DNA of 59,745 bases, filler included, from Sphacelaria rigidula (taxonomy: Eukaryota), in assembly GCA_964200075.2 (NCBI GenBank). It is 6 parts of 6 records of this genome, joined end to end, with 100 filler letters (N's around TTAATTAATTAA, not from the genome) between each part and the next. Parts side by side here need not be neighbours in the genome. Positions count along the whole stretch, not along the records: positions 9,977 to 19,852 come from CAXNAA020007578.1; positions 19,953 to 29,826 come from CAXNAA020007579.1; 4 more parts are not named here. The stretch is one strand, 5' to 3'. Below the pieces are notes generated by a model. It searched no databases, was not told the DNA's origin, and was given only the letters and a program-made list of their open reading frames with translations. Below, in pieces: positions 11,566 to 23,870 of this stretch. Both the position numbers and the translations under genes were made by a program. How positions within the stretch are numbered: the first letter of the stretch is position 1; each line of letters opens with the position of its first letter.

Positions 11566-12819
11566 CGGCATTGGGGTGGCTTCCAGTCCCTTGGAACAAT
11601 CGAACATATAACCTCCGCCGCAATATTTGGGCACGTCCCACTTGAGCTCCTTGTGCACAGTAGCGGCATCAGCATTAGCACCCCCGACAACAGCGACGCT
11701 ATCATTCACCCCTCCATCTGCTCCGTCCATCGCCATCGCCCGATCTGTATCGGACAGCAAGCTGATCGTCTCGTCATCGCTCTTCGCGTCCTCGGTTGAA
11801 TCATCACTGCTGAGCTCGATTATATCGATTGCCACGCCATTCCCACCGCCTTTCCCAGATTTATGCCCCCCGCCGATCACGGCACCGGTCTCAGCGCCGT
11901 TCTCCGGGCTCTTCCCGGCAGTAGCGCGGGTTGCCACAAAATGGCCGGCGTGAGCGAGACCCAAGGACTTAGCTGAAGCGAGACCACCACTACCTGCGCC
12001 TGCACTGTCACCAGGATTCCAGTTATCAAAGCCGGCCTGCCCCGCTCCCCCGCCAAAAGTATCACCGCCTCCTTTCGCCCCGACGTCCGGATCATCATCA
12101 TCGCTACTATTACTACTACCATTGCCGTAGCGACGGCCGCCGGTCTTAGCACGCCGCTTGACACCAGTAACACGCTTGTTTATCCCGCCTGCGCGGGTCT
12201 GTCTTCCCCCAGCTGCCGCTGCACCAGAACTGAGCGCCTTGACCTCTTTCGTACCCCCAGCAAAATGGGCACCACCTCCGCGGCCACTTTTTACTTCCTG
12301 AATCGCCGCCGCCCTCGTCTGCGTACTCGACAGCGCGATGGATCGTATGGGCGGGCCTGACCTCGGGGGAGCTGCGATGCAGCTGTTCCCGGGATCACCT
12401 GCGCCACCGTTGGTCGCTGCTCGTTTCCCTTCGCCTGCAGTCGGCGCTTTCCATTGTTGGCCATCAGTCGTATGTGCCCCCGACCCTGTCCCTTCTGCCG
12501 ATGACAAACCGCTGCTGCCGTCGGTGTTCTCCCGAGATATTCCCCTGCTTCTCTTTGGAGCAGAGTCTGAAGCGTCCCCGGATCGTCCGGGATGAGTGCA
12601 CCCCCGCCTGCTCTCATCGTCCTCGTCGCCGCTGACGGATGAGCCGTTCGACCGTCCTCTTTTTTTGGGAGTCTCGCATGTTAGCGAAGTCTCCGCATTA
12701 GACGGCTCCGGTCGCAGGTGCGAGGGAACTGTTCGACCGCCGGTCTGAGACGGCGGTGTCGGGACGGCGTTGGTTCCCGACAGCCGAGGCTTCGGGTTAC
12801 CTCTAGTGCCCATGGATGA
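11566..12819 (-). CDS. Large exon of the ADD-domain gene (Gly/Ser/basic disordered region with a SIM-like IDIIELSSDD motif)
   Basis: ctctcatccag| acceptor and |gtgagt donor. 418 open codons, phase 0-0. Confidence 0.85.
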
Positions 12820-12846
12820 CTGGATGAGAGAGAAGGTGGGGGGGGA

Positions 12847-13196
12847 TCATTTGTTGCTTGCCTTAATCGTTTGACCAATGACCACGCACCCCTTTCGAGA
12901 CGGAGCACCGTTCCTACTCCTATTAGATACACCTCCAACATTTGGGCGCTCAGTACGCTTCTTCTCTACAAGACACAGCAACCTTCTGCATATCTTCTCC
13001 CCGTCCTGTTTCGCGGTCTGTGGCCACCATTCATCTTCTAGCACGGCCATAGTTTTCTCTCTTCTGTCTACTGCATCAAAATATTTCATGCCACCTTCGT
13101 TTACTTCTCGCATTTTCCTCTCCAGCATGTCCCGTTCCTTCTTGCATAGTTCACATTTTCCCACTAAGTGAGTTCTACTCTCCATCGCTTTGCCAG
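12847..13196 (-). mobile_element. 5'-truncated non-LTR retrotransposon 3' end (C-terminal CCHC knuckle region), intronic
   Basis: Translation GKAMESRTHLVGKCEL...GAPSRKGCVVIGQTIKASNK*. The E-S-x2-H-x4-C motif is typical of LINE ORF2 C-termini. Multicopy in this window. Confidence 0.75.
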
Positions 13197-14069
13197 ATGG
13201 AGGGGAGGGGGGGCAGAAATAACACCGTACATGCATCACTGGGCGTAGTACAAGCAACCAGGAAAGACGGGAGCTACTCGGGCACCGCAGAGCGCTTACC
13301 GGCGGCAAAGGCCAACCAGTGAAATTGTCTCGACAAGACGTTTATTTAGTTGGGGCGAAAGGTTGCGAGTTTCGGATTCCGATAAATTTTCGGTTTCTTT
13401 GAGCAGAAAATGGGTTCCGTCGTCGACACAGTGCGAAACGTGAGTACCAAAGAAAGTTCACGTGACGGGAGCCGACGCGGCGCCGGAGCGTTGATCCTAT
13501 CCATGATGACTGAATATCAGGCGAGTATCGTACCGGGAGAGAGATGGGTTGATTCCCTGACGCTACGGGCTTGATCCGAGGAAAGTAGGGGTTCGAAGGA
13601 TGACTAGCAGCAAGAAAAATTAAAAAGCAACGACGAAACACCCAGCCCACCTCACGACAAAGCGGCGATGCGATTACGTAAGTTCAAGCTGGGGATGCAC
13701 ATCACAATAAAAAAAGTGACCCCATGTTACACTTCGAGTGGCCTGGTTTCATCTCCAATACACCACAAGTCTGACACACTACGTAGGTTGTATCAAGTGC
13801 CATCACCCCCTAACATTCCGAATAACGTCTGCACAAAACTCGTCACGGTATGCTACCTGACTATGGCATATAGGATGTTACCATCGGCGTGGGACTGTCC
13901 GACGAGCATCCCTTGGACAAACCTTCGAAAGGTGGGTACGGTAAGGTATCGTACCCGATCGTACCCTGCAGATACCTTGTGTTTCCACGGGTATTTGCAA
14001 AATGAAAGATGGAGTGAGTAAGAGGGGGGAAAGAGTCAAAACGACAGATTCAATGGCGAAAATCAGCAC

Positions 14070-14218
14070 CTGCGCGGCAGGTAGAGCGGTAGAAGAATTT
14101 CCTCTAGCAGCAGACGTGGTAACGACCTCCTCCCATCGCTCCTCGGAGCCGGGAAACACCTGCCCCTGCCCTCCCCCCGAATCCATGGGCTCGACGCCTC
14201 CCGCCAGCACATTCTTCC
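14070..14218 (-). CDS. Probable exon of the ADD-domain gene
   Basis: ctcag|...cag|gtgctg, phase 1-0, which exactly bridges the phases of the flanking exons. Encodes GKNVLAGGVEPMDS...PAAQ. Confidence 0.65.
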
Positions 14219-14546
14219 CTGAGGACAGGCACGACAGTAGTGCCATCGGTGGTCCAGTCTTTCAATGCTCGGTAGCCAAAAAATGGGCGAGCTCGATTTT
14301 CTTGCTTTATTTCATGTTTTCGTGATCCTTTCAACCTCTTCCCTTGCTCGGAACGAAGTCTGTCGTCTCAAGGAATTGGAACCAGCGCTCCAGGGCGCAT
14401 AGCGTCGACTCTCATCAAACGATAATTAATGGTTACCTACTTCCTCACGTTTCCGAAGACGGGAACCAGACAATTTTCAGAATTATGAAGAAAACAAACA
14501 ATGCCGAGATTCGAGTCCAAAAATGTTGCTTTCTAACGGCCGGTCC

Positions 14547-14608
14547 CAGGTGGTCTAATGCTACAACTGACATCATTACGGCGGGGAGAACGTGGGTTCG
14601 GCTCCCCA
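14547..14608 (+). mobile_element. Second tRNA-related SINE-like head, intronic
   Basis: GGTGGTCTAATG...GGGTTCGGCTCCCC. The A-box 12-mer is the same as in 10600-10672. Confidence 0.35.
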
Positions 14609-14837
14609 TGATGCATCTAATGTGGCTGCTTTTATCTCACAGACATCCGATTTCCGTCGCTGGAAGCAAAAAGAGTCTATTTTATTTCATTTCTTAGCCG
14701 ACAGTAAACGCGATGAATGAATATTGATGGTCATGATCTGATCCACTACCAAAATGCAAGGCGTTTACGGGTACCGGGGGAGAGCTGGGTTAATCCCTTG
14801 GGACACCGAACTCGTCCCAGTAGGGGCGGGGCGGGGC

Positions 14838-14902
14838 GTACTCATTTGTTGCTTGCCTTAGTCATTTGACCATTGACCACGCATCCCTTTCGAGACGGAG
14901 CA
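14838..14902 (-). mobile_element. Short 3' fragment of the same LINE family
   Basis: 65-bp match to the family terminus. Confidence 0.75.
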
Positions 14903-17092
14903 GGCGGGGGGGGGAGGGGCGGGATTGGAAGTGAGACCAGAAAAAAATGCCGTTCTAGTAAATCTCAATGGTTCCGGCCATACCCCCGGGGCACTGCAAC
15001 AACTGATTCATCATATTCCCTTATCCCCTACGAAGCAACCCAACCACACAGTCGCAAAAGAGACGTACGTAAAGTGAATGAAACCAAAAACAATGAACGC
15101 TACAGGCGAGCGAAACAACACAGAAATAACACGGAGAAAACAAAACAAACCAGACCAAACCGGACCGGTCCAAACAGATCCAGAGAAATCAAGAACAAGA
15201 GTAACTCACACATACACACAACACGAAAAAACTCACGTAGGAGACTTGAAACGATGTACGTGGCACACGTTGACCACAACAACCGGGGGAATTCAACCGT
15301 GCGAACACTACACTAAAAACCAGTAGATGAGTCATCCCTCGTTTCACCTCCAAAAGATACACGGTTGATACCACTTGATTTGAGTGCGAACACCGACATT
15401 CGGATCTTCAGGGGGACTGACAGTTTCGTGCGCTTCCCAGCGTGCGCAGAACGGGTCTTGCCCGAATCGGCGCCGCAGGCGCCGACTTGATATCTGCCAA
15501 TTCACGCCTTACTAACAGTACAAGCACCCTTTGCACCCTCCTTGCCAGATGGGTTTCGGCGTGCTGGGTTTGGCGTGAGGTGAGGGTTCGGGTTCGGGTT
15601 AACGTGATCATAAAAGGGGTCAACCATGATGATTTGGGGGTGAAGTGGGGTAAACCCACCTCCAACAGACGGTGCTGAGTGTGACGGTCAGGTTCTTTTA
15701 GTGACAAGAATGCGCAAGAAGGTCAGCACGATTTACAGGTCAAAAATCAGGAGCTGTGCTACGATATGTATCTGTTATTATCCAAGGGTGCAACTAAGTT
15801 TTTCGTACACGCGGGAGCTGGATCGTTCGGGTCGAGAATTTCCAACCACCGGGAAAACAGCACATCCCCGCGTTGAGACGTCGGGGCTCTCCGAAGGACA
15901 GATGTTTTCTACGTAGGCATGCTCGTTTTCTGGCGCTCCCGCACCCAAGATAAAAAAGGTCTAGTTAAGAAGGTCGTTCCAAACTAAGCGGCTCTTTTCC
16001 TCAAAAAATGCAAAGTACGAGTATAAAAAACGATACTAAACTTTCCTTACATGTTTGCATTGGATGAAGAAGCGGAACCTTGTACCATCCACGCCTCAGA
16101 TAACAGATGGTGCAATAGTTGCAGCAGGAGAAAAGGTGAACTGCGTGTCGATCCTATTACCTATTACACCTGTTGCACCTCGTACTATACGATCCGTGGT
16201 ATTTTTTATTCTAAAAATGAGGGACGATTTCATTGTTCGGAACGGCCTGCTGAACATCACTTACCGAGACAAAAGTGTGGAATAAACAGCATCCCAAGTG
16301 CTGCTTCTTGTTGTGCAGTCACCCAGTCCACAAAACTGTTACGGGGCCATATTTTGCACGCCGAACAAAGGGTAACCTATTCAAGCTGTGAACACTCAGA
16401 ACGATCTCCCTAGCGGAAAGAACGCCTCCTTCTGCCTTTTGAGGGTTAATCTTCAGCATCCAAGCCGCATCCAACGCATGCACAGATACAAGACTCAGTG
16501 TTTTGGTGCATCTTGATTTGGTCGGGATAGGCAGCGATGACTTTGACAGCATCGCGGGTCTTGACACCCTTTGAACGATCTATCAGGGCACCGACCCCTT
16601 ATGTGTTACGGCATAAGGAACACTGGTGTGCAAATCCCTAGCCGCTCATTCTGTGAGGTATATTTTGGCCTCACAATTTAGACGAGCACTAAAACAAAGG
16701 TGCTCCAGTACTAGCTAGCATGGAAGATTGCTCCAATACCTCGGGTAGTCAATGCTACCGCTGTGCACTACGAGCAGCAGCAGTAGCGGCAGACAGCGCA
16801 GGGCTACGGTGGACGTGCACACAAAGCATCAGCATCATGTTACCTCATCACACACTGATCAGTAGAGCAAAAGAACTCTTTTCGAAAAAGCAACATAGAG
16901 TCGTGCAGAAACTCAAGCGAGAGCACAAGAATATAAGGGAGGGATACACATTGTTATTATTATTCATCATTATGTTGTCACATTAGCTCGATCTCTCGAA
17001 CCCGTGGTCACAAAGTGCAATGAGCATACCACCCATACACATAAATAAAAAAGCCCGCAGAGGAAGGCAAGAGACAAAACATCGACACGTAC

Positions 17093-17741
17093 CTCCGTCT
17101 TTCCCACTAGCAGCAGCAGCGGCAGCAGGAGCAGGAGCAGGGGCAGGGGCAGCATCAGCCTCAGGAAGGCGCTCAGCATCATTCCCACCGCCAGTACCGC
17201 CGGTACTAAACCTGAGACGTTTACTCGCGCGAACAGGCGAACCAGGCGAACCAGTTGCCACACTATCCTCCACACCGGGCACGGGCAAGCCGTTCCGCGA
17301 AGGTCCCTTCCGCTGCGAGGATGACGACGCCTGCTGCGTCGGAGGACAACTGGCTGCCTTTTTCGCTTCGGTCGGATCTGTGGTAGATGGTGCCTTCGGG
17401 GTCGTTGTCGTTAATACCGATGCTGCTCTTGTTGATGCAGCTATCGCAGCCGTCAGGGATATAGTCGAGGGTGCTGCCGTTTGCGCCGGCGCTGCCCTCG
17501 CTGCCCTCGCCGCTATTGCCGCCGACAGAGGTATAGTCACCTTTCCCGTCGATGTGCTACCCGTGTTGCCCGCGCTGCCCATGCTGCTGCTCCTGCCAGT
17601 CAGCCTGCCTCGACTGCTTGGCTTGCTAGCGCTGTTTGGCTTCACGCTGCGAGTGGATCTGCCGATGGTCTCTGGCTTCATATCGATCTCCCCTCTGATG
17701 GTTCTGGCCGGGGTCTTGCGGGGCGTTTTTATCCCGAAGGC
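17093..17741 (-). CDS. Exon of the ADD-domain gene (Ala/Ser/Thr-rich low complexity)
   Basis: Pyrimidine tract plus ctaag| acceptor and |gtacgt donor. Open frame, phase 0-1. Confidence 0.8.
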
Positions 17742-18344
17742 CTTAGGTGGGAACGGCCGGAGGGGGAAAGAAGAGAGGAGAAAGTAGACGCGTTAATTGC
17801 TTTTGTTTTAACAGATCTGGTAACATTTCTTGACTAGAGGGGGGCCAATTGGAAAATGAACAGGGTACTGTGGCCGGTACAGGGTGAGTGGACACGATGA
17901 CTTGTCAATAGTGTAATTCGCCCATGAGTTCGACTTCATCGAAACATTTCCACCCAGCTCCTCTACGGCGTCTCTCTCTCTCTCTCTATATATATATACA
18001 TGTATATATATATATATATATATCTGCCCTGAATGCCTTGAGCTTCTTCCTTTTTCAAATAATTTTATTCCATTTTTCTAGGTCGGCCATCTCTTCTTGT
18101 GCTTTGCTCTTGTTTTTTTCTTCTCTTTTTCTTCTCTTAGTCTACTTTGTCGTTATGTTGGACTTTTTTTCATCTCCTTCGTTTTCGTTTTCGTTTTGCT
18201 TTTCTTGGGTACATCCATCATGCGACCACAGCTGGACGCATTGGTGCTCAGTTAAAGTGCGACAATCCATCAATCAAGAATCAATCAGAATATCAGGGTG
18301 CTGCGGTAACTGCGTGGAATCGTTTAGTATTCAGTGTCTTGTAC

Positions 18345-18476
18345 CTTCATTTGAGAGGTCAAGATCTGTCTGCTGTTCGGCACGTATCCTGGGAGCCTCA
18401 AGCGCATAGTCTCCAAAAGTGTAGTGTCGCACAGCCAGCACATGAAATCCGCGTCGTCCTCGCTCAATCTATCCAC
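18345..18476 (-). CDS. Exon of the ADD-domain gene (final CxxC of the finger)
   Basis: ccag|...|gtac, 132 bp, phase 0-0. VDRLSEDDADFMCWLCDTTLL completes the ADD PHD in frame with the previous exon. Confidence 0.85.
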
Positions 18477-18810
18477 CTGGACGCCACAGCAGAGAGAGGG
18501 ATACGGAGAGCGAGACAGACAGAGACAAGACGGCAGATTATGTTCGATTGCTTGATTGCCGTACATCAGACGAACCGCAACGATTTCGGCCGTGGTCCAC
18601 CAATACGGACGTACAACTCTAGGTAACGATACGAAAAACACATGCTGGAGTAAACTCGAGGGGAAGAAAAACAAAAGAAACAGGAACACCACGGGTAAAT
18701 CAAGTCAAGGCACCATAACAGAACACACCAACACTACACCAAACGATGTCCATCTTCAAAACAAGAATACTGTAGCAACACCACCACACGAAGCCCTCCC
18801 TCCCCCCCAC

Positions 18811-19199
18811 CCCAAGAGGAGGAATAGGTGAATGCACAGAATTGCCCCTGTGGTAGAGTAATAGAGAGTAGAACTCATATAGTGGCACAACGCGAACTAT
18901 ACAAGGAGGAACGGAACGTGAAGGGGGAAATGCGGGACGTGAACGAAAGTGGCATGAAATCGTTTGATGCATTGGACAGCAGCGAGCAGACGATGGCTAT
19001 ACTATGAGCTGGATGGTGACCACAGACGGCGAAACAGGACGGAAATAAGATACGTACAAGGTTTTTGTGTTATGTATGGAAGGAACATAATGAGCACCAA
19101 AATCTTGCAGGTCTCTATTCGGAGTAGGAACGCTGCTCCGTCTCGAAAGGGATGGATGGTCAATGGTCAAAATGACTAGGGCAAACAACAAATGAGTAC
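18811..19199 (+). mobile_element. 5'-truncated copy of the same LINE family, intronic and antisense to the host gene
   Basis: Encodes CPCGRVIESRTHIVAQRELYKEER. Collinear with the 12847-13196 copy and ends AACAAATGAGTAC. Confidence 0.75.
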
Positions 19200-19457
19200 G
19201 CACCCCTTTTCTTCTGTTCCTCCTTTTCTTCAGAGCGTGTTTCAGTTTCGTTTATGTTGGGTACGCCTATCATGACACCACGGCTGGACCCCTGGGGAGT
19301 CAATTAAAGTGCGACAATCAATCAATCAATCACCTTACCCCCCGCCGTCGCCCATCCGTCGACAGTAATGCAGACCACAGGTCCACGAACGCTCATAATG
19401 CCCAAACATGGAGTTATGTCCTAACATCGCACCCGCTACATCCACAAGGACCCCTAC

Positions 19458-19720
19458 CTCCGCTTGCCCGAAGTTCCGGAGGATGCAGTCCACGCAGAAC
19501 GAGTAGGGACAGGGGCATTTCGTGCCTCCGCTTTTGCCACCGCCGTCCCTCCCTTCCGTCCTGTCTTTCCCGGGTGTGGCTGTGCCGATGGAGCTTGCCC
19601 GTTTCTTTCTGGTGCTGCTTCGAGGATTATCTTTCTGTGGGGGGTGGCAGGCGTTCTTGTTGTCGCATTGGAAGATATCACCGCCGTTCCCGCACATGCG
19701 GCAGAATTCCTCGTGCCCAT
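19458..19720 (-). CDS. Exon of an ADD (ATRX-DNMT3-DNMT3L)-type PHD finger protein; upstream exons lie off the contig
   Basis: Acceptor tattcag| and donor |gtaggg. Encodes DGHEEFCRMCGNGGDIFQCD...CPYSFCVDCILRNFGQAE, matching the ADD PHD pattern DG-x4-C-x2-C-x2-GG-x4-CD...C-x3-FC-x2-CI-x-RN-x-G. Confidence 0.85.
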
Positions 19721-19779
19721 CTGAATATTGACATCATCAAAGTTAATGTGTTCGCGTCGGTATGGGGGGGGGGGGGGGG

Positions 19780-19815
19780 GTACTCATTTGTTGCTTGCCT
19801 TAGTTGTTTGACCAT
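19780..19815 (-). mobile_element. 36-bp 3' stub of the same LINE family between two poly(G) tracts
   Basis: gtactcatttgttgcttgccttagttgtttgaccat. Confidence 0.7.
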
Positions 19816-20266
19816 GGGGGGGGGGGGGGGGGGGTACTCATGATCTCATGATNNNNNNNNNNNNNNNNNNNNNNNNNNNNNNNNNNNNNNNNNNNNTTAA
19901 TTAATTAANNNNNNNNNNNNNNNNNNNNNNNNNNNNNNNNNNNNNNNNNNNNTTGGCTCGCCTAGCTATTATGATGCCCCCCCCCCCCCCCCGGCGGGCA
20001 AAGTGTTTTCCGAAGAGTCCAAAAAACATTTTTGAAAAGCGAAACGGGGAAAAAAAACGGCCGTGGAAAAAAAAGAACCCTCCCAAAGTTCTAGAGGGGG
20101 CGGTATCGCAGCCAACAATCACAGGGCACTTTTTGGGGGTACTGTTTTTCCACGAATGTACTTGATCGTCCCTTCAATGTTTCGTGAACTGAGCGCCTCT
20201 ACGCTGATGATTTCGAATTGACGTATTGTTGCGTAGGTGTGGTCGATATATGTATGTGTATATATG

Positions 20267-20616
20267 TATGAGGAAGGCGTATCGCTAGAGTAGTCAGAGA
20301 CCTACCGGGGAGACTGCCGTTCTGATGCCGAAGGAACTCCGAGGCTTGTGGTGATTGCCTCTTGTATATGTAGGCAAGAAGGGGTCAGACGAGAAGTGGT
20401 CGCCAGGGGGCGACCGGTTCCTCGGGAGAAGTTGGTTGGTCTTGATATCAGGCTCTTCCTGGCATCACCCCAAGTTGTCTAGTATTGTTGGCATTACAGG
20501 GTCCTCGGTAATCTGGTCCTTTCGGACCGTTCCTACCTTGTACCTACTTGCGCTGGTTCTTCATACACGTGTGGCATCGGTCTCTGATATGCCATTGCAA
20601 AGATGTGTCTTCCACA
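20267..20616 (-). repeat. 3' LTR (350 bp; terminal CA mutated to TA)
   Basis: Direct repeat of 24998-25346 with many substitutions. Preceded on the minus strand by the polypurine tract GAAGGGGGGGGAAA (about 20617-20630). Confidence 0.93.
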
Positions 20617-20879
20617 TTTCCCCCCCCTTCATGCGCCTCAAGCCCATCAGGACTGCGGCTGGTGGGACGAGGCGATCATCAGCTAAGCTGATGATACAAT
20701 CGTGGAAGTGTCTTTGAGTGACAGTCATTGATTGAGTCACGCCACCACTATCGTAACGGCAGCCCTTCTCTACACTGTGGTATTGAGTAAACACCCCCCA
20801 GTAAATTTCAGCTACCTGTGGTCAGTAACAGGGCATGTATCGCAAACCCTTTAATTTTGGTTTTCTCTGTCATATAGCT

Positions 20880-21682
20880 GTGTCATATGTGACATATTTC
20901 CATCAGATGTGTTGCACTTGGGTGCTGGTTGCAACTGCTGGTATGCATGACTGGGCACTGGGACACTGATCGGTCCACGGGCGCCTGGATTATTCCTGCC
21001 CGGGGTCTGGGATGCCTTCGGTTCCGCTGACACCGGAGTAGGGCTAAGTTCTCGGTTTAATAACAAGGCGGTGTTTAAGATATTATTTTACGTTGGGAGA
21101 ATGTGCTCTTTTTGCCAAACACCATCAAAATGACCCTTGCTTCTTGTTATTTTGTGTCATGTAAAAATTGCGTCATTTTGTGATGTATTTTTTATGGGAT
21201 GCTTTTGCACTTTGGTGCCGGCTGCATCAGTTAGGTATACATGACTAGGCACTGGGACACCGGCCGGTCCACGGGCGCTTGAGGTATTCATGCTCGGGTT
21301 CTGGGATGCCTTCGGTTCCACTGGCACCGGAGTAGGACAAAGTCCTCGCGTGAGTAGCAAAGCGGCTGGTCTGATGTTCATCTTGCGAGCCTTGTGCTCT
21401 TTGGTGAAACATCGACATGATCTTCGCTTAATATCATTTTGTGGCATGTAAATGTGTCACATGTGACCTATTTCCACGAAATGCCTTTGCACTTTGATGC
21501 TGGATGATCTGCTGTTTCTACATGCCTGGGCACTGGGACACTGATTGGTTCACGAGCGCCTGGGTTATTCATGTCCGGGTTCTGGGATGCCTTCGGTTCC
21601 ACTGACACCGCAGTAGGACAACGTCCTCGTGTTAGTAACAAAGCGGTGGGTATGAAATTCATCATGCGAGCCTTGTGCTCGT
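20880..21682. repeat. Three diverged tandem copies of a ~280-295 bp unit in the 3' internal region of the LTR element
   Basis: Anchor ct(g/a)ggcactgggacac at 20951, 21245 and 21526, with a shared core tctgggatgccttcggttcc. Confidence 0.9.
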
Positions 21683-22014
21683 CGGTTGAAAATCAGGGAA
21701 ATTATTTTCGCTTATTGTCAGCACTACCCTGATTGCTGAGAGGCTATCTTTCTTGGGAAGTTGCACCCTAGTCATCGTTGATATGTCGGATATTTTTCCG
21801 TTCATGTCCGCTTTTTTTCTGTCGTCAATTTTTTGTTTTCTTCTTTTGCGACTCTCATTGATCTCCAAATTGTGACCCCGGGCTACTGCTCAACCCTTGA
21901 GCGTTTTGCTAGGACGCTCGAACAGTCTGTTGAACAGTCACATCCGTTTCCGTTACCCGATATTTTCGGATTTCGACGCCGGATGTGAGCGCTTTGCTAA
22001 CTTGTTGTCATGAC

Positions 22015-22870
22015 GGTATACATCGATGAGGTGCCTACTTTGTGGTGCTTCATCAGCTCAATAGGTTAAGTCAGCTGCTGGGCCGTAGCTTTTGAGTCTC
22101 AACCTATACTTATGACTATGAAGACGTCCCCGACCTGGTCCTGGAGCGTAGGCTACCACTTTTTCGACAGCGTACCGTTCTATTGTAGGCAACGTTTCGT
22201 CTGGTTGGTCTCTCTGGTAGAGGTATCCGTTTGTCTAGCAACAACTCGCTCGACCTATCGACATCTGACGCGGGTGGCGTTTCCCGCGGACGATATTTCT
22301 TCAAGTGAGCGGGATGTACTGACATTTCTTTAGAGTCGTCCCCTATTTTGATTATGTACACAACTGGCGATCGTCTCTCGGTTATCATGAAAGGTCCTCT
22401 CCATGGTGATCGGAGTTTCGGGTTCGGCCCTTCTGAGTCCTGGTATCGTGGGTACAAGAGTAACTTTTGACCGGGTTCGAACAACTGGAACAACGGTTTT
22501 AATTTGTTTTTGTTTCCTTGCTCGTTCGCTCCTTCTCGTAGAGCTTGACCCGCAATTTCAAATCCTAACCGTAGTTTTTCCCGTGTTTCTTTGGAAAATT
22601 CTTCGGGTGTTGCGGCTTTTCCCGGATGGCAAATGTGGTAAAACTCTATCGATAATAGTTCTGGCTGTCGACGTGGCCTGTTTATTTGGTGTCGAAATGA
22701 GAAAAAGGCATACTCTGTGACGTGGATCATTACGGACAGTACCTATCTACACAGTACTCCAGCCTTTGACATCGAAGCTGTTTTGTAGTAGACTAGGTCT
22801 GTCGACACTCTCTCGTATGGCCGTCCTACCGGAACGTGTCCCGTCGGCAAATTTTGGCCGATTGACTGAC
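22015..22870 (-). pseudogene. Integrase remnant with GPY/F motif and C-terminal chromodomain
   Basis: Core start RPYERVSTDLV...VLSVMIHVTEYA; GPY/F motif KLRSPWRGPF; chromodomain YAVEKVVAY...KYRLRLKSYGPAADLTY*ADEAPQSRHLIDVY in a shifted frame. Confidence 0.85.
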
Positions 22871-23595
22871 AGCTCTCGGTCACTTTGCACTGGCTTCAAA
22901 TGGTCGAGCTTCTCAGCTGATATGTGACGGTGACGTGTGGTTCAGCTATTTGCGGCGCATGGCCTTTTGGCACGTTACCACATATTTGTGTAAGCGACGG
23001 TTTGATTTCAGCTTTCCGTCGCTCTGGAGTAGCGCAAACAGTCGTGAGAGGGTGTTCGGAAAAACATGAAGTTTCTTCAGTTTTTGTCTCTTATGATCAT
23101 GAAGTTTTTCCGGGGAATCGTATTGCGTTCCGGCTTTACATGTCGGCTCGACGGGTTGACGATTTCTATCATGTCCGCCTTATTCGTTGCCGACCACGTG
23201 CATACCGTCCTTGCAACAATAATGCGCGCGAGTGCTTGAGGTATATCAGGCGATCGAGTGTCTTCCTCGGTTGTTATGCGCGGCTCCACGACAGCTCCTG
23301 TTGGTTTTGACGGGGTATTTTCCGTTCCAACTAGTACTGCAATTTCATTTTGTGGTGGCACACTGCATGTTTTATGAGAAACTGGAACAGGGTTAGAACA
23401 TTTCACACCGACTACCGAATAGTATGTTGTTTCAGTGTGTTGTATTTTGTTAGCCCTGTTGTTTTCGAAACGACGCTTTGACTTCTATACTGGAATCACG
23501 GAATGTTCGTTCTTCCGTCCGCCAGTCGAGTACAGCGTATAGCTTTGAAAGCACTCATAATGGAGTTGTGTAGTAATAGAGAATCCGCTCCCAGA

Positions 23596-23870
23596 TTAGG
23601 TAATAAAAACGCTTCTGCTGGCAGGTTTTTTTTGCCCAACGTAAGGTTCGAAATGAATGAACCCTAGGATTTTAATGGGGGACCCGTCCGCGCTTCTGAT
23701 ATCCATGGGTTCTGGCGGTACTGGTTTTATATCAACTGCCATCATGGCCGGGTGTTCATCTATGAACGTTTTGCTGATACATAGTACATCTGCTGCGGAA
23801 TCGATTGTGGTTATTTTCCGCGGGGTACCTTTCACTTTGGCTGCGACTTGAAGGCGTACTGATCCACAGG
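23596..23870 (-). pseudogene. Retropepsin (aspartic protease) remnant
   Basis: VKGTPRKITTIDSAADVLCISKTF...IRSADGSPIKILG (D-S-G-A-like catalytic motif and flap). Confidence 0.8.

Noticed and set aside
15580..15602. Telomere-like GGGTTC/GGGTTA units (also 26482-26500)
   Set aside because: Only about three degenerate units at internal positions.
17020..17787. 255-aa hydrophobic + strand ORF
   Set aside because: It is the antisense shadow of the 17093-17741 exon.
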